From Fidelibacterota bacterium (lineage in GTDB: Bacteria; Fidelibacterota; Marinisomatia; Marinisomatales; Marinisomataceae), in NCBI GenBank assembly GCA_965212055.1, contig OZ243041.1, positions 352,001-416,000 on the forward strand: a stretch of DNA of 64,000 nt. The letters run 5' to 3'. The position numbers and the translations under genes are program-made. The notes under the pieces were generated by a model that worked only from the letters and a program-made list of their open reading frames with translations, ran no database searches and was not told where the DNA came from. Position 1 is the stretch's first letter. The number at the start of each line of letters is the position of its first letter. Below are positions 59,454 through 64,000 of the stretch, in pieces.

Positions 59454-60821
59454 ATGGCTGAAAATAAGACAGAAAAGAATATTAATTTACAACCTCAATC
59501 TCTTGAGGCAGAAGAAGCTGTTCTTGGAGCAATGATGATTGATGATGCTGCTGCCAATAAGGCAATAGGATTATTAAAATCTAGCAGTTATTTCTATAAA
59601 GAAGCTCACAGAAAAATATTTGAAGCAATGCTTGTTTTATCTGAGGAAAGCAATCCAATTGATACTGTATCAGTTTCAAATGAATTAAAAAAGAAAAAGT
59701 CTTTAAAATCAGTAGGTGGTCTCTATTATCTAACTGGTCTTGTAGATAAAGTCCCTACTGCTGCAAATATTGAGACTTATGCTTCTATTGTAAAAGAAAA
59801 AGGTATCTTGAGAGATTTGATTTCTGCATCTCATTATATGTCAAAAAAAGCATTTGAGTCAGGAGAAGATGTTGCAAGCATTCTTGATGAAGCAGAGCAG
59901 TCTATTTTTAGTCTTACACAGCAGAAGGATAACAAACTTTTTCAACATATAAAACCTATTTTGACCGAAGCAATTCAAAATCTTGAGAAGATGCAGAGTA
60001 AGAAAGGATCTGTTGTAGGTGTCCCTTCTGGAATTATTGATCTAGATAATGTCACAGCTGGTTTTCGTAAAAGTGACTTAATTGTGATTGCCGGAAGACC
60101 ATCTATGGGTAAAACGGCTCTTGCGTTATCGGTTGCTAGAAATGCTGCTCTAGAGAGTAAGGTTCCAACGGCTATTTTTAGTCTTGAAATGTCAAGCGAT
60201 CAGTTAGCACAAAGATTACTTTCTTCTGAGGCAAGAATAGATGGCCAAAAAGCAAGAACGGGTCGATTACAGCCTGCAAGATGGAAAGATATCACTATTG
60301 CTTCAGGAAAACTTGCTGATGCCCCACTTTTCATAGATGATACTCCCGCTTTATCAATCTTAGATTTACGATCTAGAGCAAGAAGATTAAAGAGAGAAGA
60401 GAATATTGAGTTGCTTATAGTTGATTATCTTCAATTAATGCAGGGTCCTAGAAGATCAGAAAATAGACAGCAAGAAATTTCTAATATCACCCAATCATTA
60501 AAGGCTCTTGCTAAAGAGCTAGATATCCCTGTTATAGCTCTTTCTCAGCTTTCTAGAGCTGTAGAGTCAAGAACTGATAAAAGACCTGTGCTTTCCGATC
60601 TTCGTGAGAGTGGTGCAATCGAACAAGATGCAGATCTTGTAATATTTTTATATAGACCATTTGTTTATGATGATAAAAAAGTTGATCAAAAAGGGCTAGC
60701 CTATCTAATTGTTGCAAAACAAAGAAGTGGTCCTACCAGAACAGTAAAAGCTACTTTTATTGATACCTATGCCAGATTTGAGAACTATACGGATTGGTCT
60801 GAATCTGAAAACGTGAGTTAA
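59454..60821 (+). CDS. dnaB: Replicative DNA helicase
   Basis: PQSLEAEEAVLG, AGRPSMGKT, FSLEM, DYLQLM, LSQLSR, DLRESGAIEQDAD; length leaves no room for an intein. Confidence 0.98.
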   Translation: MAENKTEKNINLQPQSLEAEEAVLGAMMIDDAAANKAIGLLKSSSYFYKEAHRKIFEAMLVLSEESNPIDTVSVSNELKKKKSLKSVGGLYYLTGLVDKVPTAANIETYASIVKEKGILRDLISASHYMSKKAFESGEDVASILDEAEQSIFSLTQQKDNKLFQHIKPILTEAIQNLEKMQSKKGSVVGVPSGIIDLDNVTAGFRKSDLIVIAGRPSMGKTALALSVARNAALESKVPTAIFSLEMSSDQLAQRLLSSEARIDGQKARTGRLQPARWKDITIASGKLADAPLFIDDTPALSILDLRSRARRLKREENIELLIVDYLQLMQGPRRSENRQQEISNITQSLKALAKELDIPVIALSQLSRAVESRTDKRPVLSDLRESGAIEQDADLVIFLYRPFVYDDKKVDQKGLAYLIVAKQRSGPTRTVKATFIDTYARFENYTDWSESENVS

Positions 60822-60823
60822 TT

Positions 60824-62971
60824 ATGTCTTCAAATAATGATTTAATTAATAAAAAAAGTGTTGCACTTCTTTCAAGATTAAAATCAAATAAATCAAAAAA
60901 ACTTATCAAAGATGCTCTAGAGTTCTCTGTTAAGATGCATCATGGACAGGAAAGAAAATCTGGGCTCCCATATGTAAGCCATTGTATCGATGTTGCAAAT
61001 ATATTATTAGATTGGAATATGGATGTTACAACCATTGCTAGTGCATTGTTGCATGATGTGGTTGAAGATACCGATGTAACGTTGGAGGATATCAAACTAC
61101 TTTTCGGAAATGATGTTGCATTTCTAGTTGATGGAGTTACAAAAATTGATAACATTGTTTTTAAATCAGAAAAACATAAACAAGCTGAAAATTTTACTAA
61201 ACTTTTCCTTTCTTTGGCAAAAGATTTGAGGGTAATTATTATCAAATTTGCTGATCGTCTAAATAATATGGAAACTATTGAGTATCTATCTCCAAAGAAA
61301 AGAAAAGAAGTTGCAACTGAAACTAGAGAGATTTTTGTTCCACTAGCTCACAGACTTGGAATGGCAAAGCTTAAGTGGGATTTAGAAGATTTATCCCTTA
61401 AATGTTTAGATCTTAAAGGATATAATAAGGTGGATAAGAAAATTTTAGAGTCTTCAAAAGTGAGTAAAAGCATTATCAATAATGCTATTAAGCCAATTAA
61501 AAAAGAATTAAAACAATATAAAATTAATGCTGATATCTTTGGAAGATATAAGTCTATATCTTCTATCTATAGAAAGATTAAATCACAGAATAAAGAATTT
61601 GAAGATATATATGATTTATATGCAATAAGAATTATTGTTGACAAAATTGAAGAATGTTATTTAACTCTAGGTGTTATTCATAGTATTTATCCTCCTATGC
61701 AAGATCGTTTTAAAGACTTTATTGCTACCCCTAAAACCAATGGATATCAGTCTATTCATACAACTGTTTTAACTAAGGATAATAAGCTTACTGAGATTCA
61801 AATTAGAACGAAAGAGATGGATAGTACCGCAGAAACTGGAATTGCTGCACATTACATTTATAAAGGCAGTAAAAAAATGAATGATTTAGATAATCAAGTA
61901 CCTTGGTTAAGAGATCTATCAGCAATTATGGATGGTGATAATACTGAGCCAGAAGAACTAATGGATTTATTAAAAATTGATATGTTTGAAGATGAAATAT
62001 TTATCTTTACACCAAAAGGAGATTTAAAAAAACTTCCTGTTGATTCTACTCCTTTAGATTTTGCATTCGCTATTCATAGTGATGTGGGTTTTTCTTGTGT
62101 AAGAGCTAAGGTTAATAAAAAACTTGTATCTTTAAGTTACAATCTAAGTAATGGAGATATTGTTGAAATTGAAACTAGCAAAAACCAGAAACCAAATAGT
62201 AGTTGGTTAAATTTTGTAAAAACATCAAGAGCTTCGCATGCAATTAACAAATATTTAAGAAGTATTGAGATTGAAGAGAGTATTAAAGTAGGAAATCAAT
62301 TGCTTGAAAAAGGGCTTAGAAAATCTAAGCTTTATAATAAACTTAGTGAGGTTAAGTCTAGATATAGTGAACTGAATTATAAAAATTTAAATGACTTTCT
62401 ATCTGATTTAGGTAGAGGAAGAATTATCTTAAAAGATATTATTAGTAAACTCTTTCCTGATGTTAAATCTTCAAAGAATAAGATACCTTCTCAGGTAGAT
62501 TTTATAGAATCGGCTAGATCTGAATCGGAAGGGATTAATTTGGATGGAGTGAAAAATCTTGTGGTAGATTATGCAAAGTGTTGTAATCCTGTTCCAGGAG
62601 ATTCGGTCATTGGATATATTTCTAGAGGGAGAGGTTTAATCGTGCATAGGTTATCTTGCTCTAATTTGTCGTCTTTGTCTGGCTCTAAGGAAAGGCTTGT
62701 TTCTGTCAATTGGGACATAAAAAAAGATATTTCATTTAAGACTAAGCTACATATAACGTGTCTTGATAAAACAGGAGTACTTCATAATATTACAGAGACG
62801 ATAGCTAGAGAAAAGATAAATATTTTAGATGTTGAAACAGATGTAAATATAGGTGGTGTATCTGATATATGGATTGTATGTACAGTTAAAGATTTAAATA
62901 GTCTTAATGGGTTAATTAATGCTATTTCGAAGATTAAAAATGTAGACACTGTTGAAAGAGTTTTTTCGTAA
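60824..62971 (+). CDS. spoT: Bifunctional (p)ppGpp synthetase/hydrolase Rel/SpoT
   Basis: HD motif LHDVVED, RFKD, NGYQSIHT, EIQIRT, TGS, CC and ACT domains. Confidence 0.94.
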   Translation: MSSNNDLINKKSVALLSRLKSNKSKKLIKDALEFSVKMHHGQERKSGLPYVSHCIDVANILLDWNMDVTTIASALLHDVVEDTDVTLEDIKLLFGNDVAFLVDGVTKIDNIVFKSEKHKQAENFTKLFLSLAKDLRVIIIKFADRLNNMETIEYLSPKKRKEVATETREIFVPLAHRLGMAKLKWDLEDLSLKCLDLKGYNKVDKKILESSKVSKSIINNAIKPIKKELKQYKINADIFGRYKSISSIYRKIKSQNKEFEDIYDLYAIRIIVDKIEECYLTLGVIHSIYPPMQDRFKDFIATPKTNGYQSIHTTVLTKDNKLTEIQIRTKEMDSTAETGIAAHYIYKGSKKMNDLDNQVPWLRDLSAIMDGDNTEPEELMDLLKIDMFEDEIFIFTPKGDLKKLPVDSTPLDFAFAIHSDVGFSCVRAKVNKKLVSLSYNLSNGDIVEIETSKNQKPNSSWLNFVKTSRASHAINKYLRSIEIEESIKVGNQLLEKGLRKSKLYNKLSEVKSRYSELNYKNLNDFLSDLGRGRIILKDIISKLFPDVKSSKNKIPSQVDFIESARSESEGINLDGVKNLVVDYAKCCNPVPGDSVIGYISRGRGLIVHRLSCSNLSSLSGSKERLVSVNWDIKKDISFKTKLHITCLDKTGVLHNITETIAREKINILDVETDVNIGGVSDIWIVCTVKDLNSLNGLINAISKIKNVDTVERVFS

Positions 62972-62973
62972 CA

Positions 62974-63390
62974 ATGGAAAGAATTCTTGGTATAGATTTT
63001 GGACTTTCTAAAGTAGGCGTAGCTATTTCAGATCCTTCTTGTATTATTTCTTTACCTCTGAAAGTAATTCGTTATAATAATAGAAAAGAATTAATAAATA
63101 ATCTTACTAGTATTTCTAAAGAGAAGAATGTAAAAAAAATTGTTATTGGATATCCTATAGGAATGAACTATAAAAAAAATGAAATGACTAAGATTATAGA
63201 TCTCTTTAAAGAAGATATGGAGAAAGCTGGTTTTAAGGTTTTTCTTGAAGATGAAAGACTTTCTAGTGAATATGCAAAAAAGGTTATGATTGAACAAAAT
63301 ATAAAGACAGGAAGAAATAAAGAGTTAGTAGATTTAACTGCTGCATCAATAATTTTACAAACTTATCTAGATAGAAGTAAACATTCATGA
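62974..63390 (+). CDS. ruvX: YqgF/RuvX pre-16S rRNA nuclease
   Basis: ILGIDFG, GVAISD, DERLSS, AASIILQ. Confidence 0.93.
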   Translation: MERILGIDFGLSKVGVAISDPSCIISLPLKVIRYNNRKELINNLTSISKEKNVKKIVIGYPIGMNYKKNEMTKIIDLFKEDMEKAGFKVFLEDERLSSEYAKKVMIEQNIKTGRNKELVDLTAASIILQTYLDRSKHS

Positions 63391-64000
63391 AATCAAAAGG
63401 AATACTTTTTGCTTTTCTATCGGGAATTTTATTAGCACTATCATATCCACCTATTAGCTTAGGTTTCTTCGCCTGGTTTGCCTTAGTGCCATTATTTTAC
63501 TACCTGTTTCAGTCGAAAGATTTGAAGTATACTATCATTTTAGGATTTATATCTAGTATTACAAGCAATTTAATTATTCTAAACTGGATTGCGATTAACT
63601 CTGGGACTTCTGTTTCTACAGCAATTATTACTTATTTTTCAGCATCTCTTTATCTGACTATTTTTTGGATATTTTTTAGTATAGGAGTTCATTTTACACC
63701 TAAGAGAATTAAGTTATTTTTTGTTCCTTTATTGTGGGTTTTTATTGTTGAAATTTTAAGAAATTTTGGTTCTTTAGCTTTTCCATGGCTTGACCTATCA
63801 ATTACTCAATCGAATTATAATAGAATTATTCAATTAATTAGTATTGAATCACATACAATTTCATTTATTATAATTCTATTTAATATATTGATACATGAAT
63901 ATTTAGTTTCTAGGAAGAGTAAATTTATCCTTTATTTTTCAACCATCTTACTTGTTATAATGCTTATTGGAAATTTTCAGCTTAATTATTATAACAAAAT
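63387..64000 (+). CDS. lnt: Apolipoprotein N-acyltransferase (3' end runs off the window)
   Basis: Manual translation MKSKGILFAFLSGILLALSYPP..GFFAWFALVPL...FPWLDLSITQ. Confidence 0.85.
   Translation, partial: MKSKGILFAFLSGILLALSYPPISLGFFAWFALVPLFYYLFQSKDLKYTIILGFISSITSNLIILNWIAINSGTSVSTAIITYFSASLYLTIFWIFFSIGVHFTPKRIKLFFVPLLWVFIVEILRNFGSLAFPWLDLSITQSNYNRIIQLISIESHTISFIIILFNILIHEYLVSRKSKFILYFSTILLVIMLIGNFQLNYYNK

Overview
This AT-rich, gene-dense window is core chromosome from a streamlined bacterium. Gene content and order suggest the FCB group, most plausibly Ca. Marinimicrobia/SAR406 (inference only). It carries sucCD, ndk, P5C dehydrogenase, aconitase, and a dcw cluster whose murE-murF-mraY block sits about 26 kb downstream. 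It also carries miaB/lapAB-like genes, an OPT transporter, a TonB-dependent receptor locus, polA-alr, tRNA-fMet, ispG, mscS, dut, groESL, smc, rpsP-khpA-trmD-rplS, gmk-rpoZ-udg, dnaB, rel, ruvX and partial lnt. I saw no mobile element, prophage or CRISPR array. The most notable observations are: (1) a 689-aa SMC-family ATPase with no room for a hinge and a Rad50-like CxxCG motif at the midpoint of its coiled coil; (2) a CxxC/KSPP leader peptide whose S-P-P codons can pair with the SD of a His/Asp-rich TonB receptor; (3) a duplicated structured non-coding element with an ECF-like GGAAC box next to tRNA-fMet; (4) a dUTPase resembling the apicomplexan type; (5) a Cys-rich GroES roof loop.
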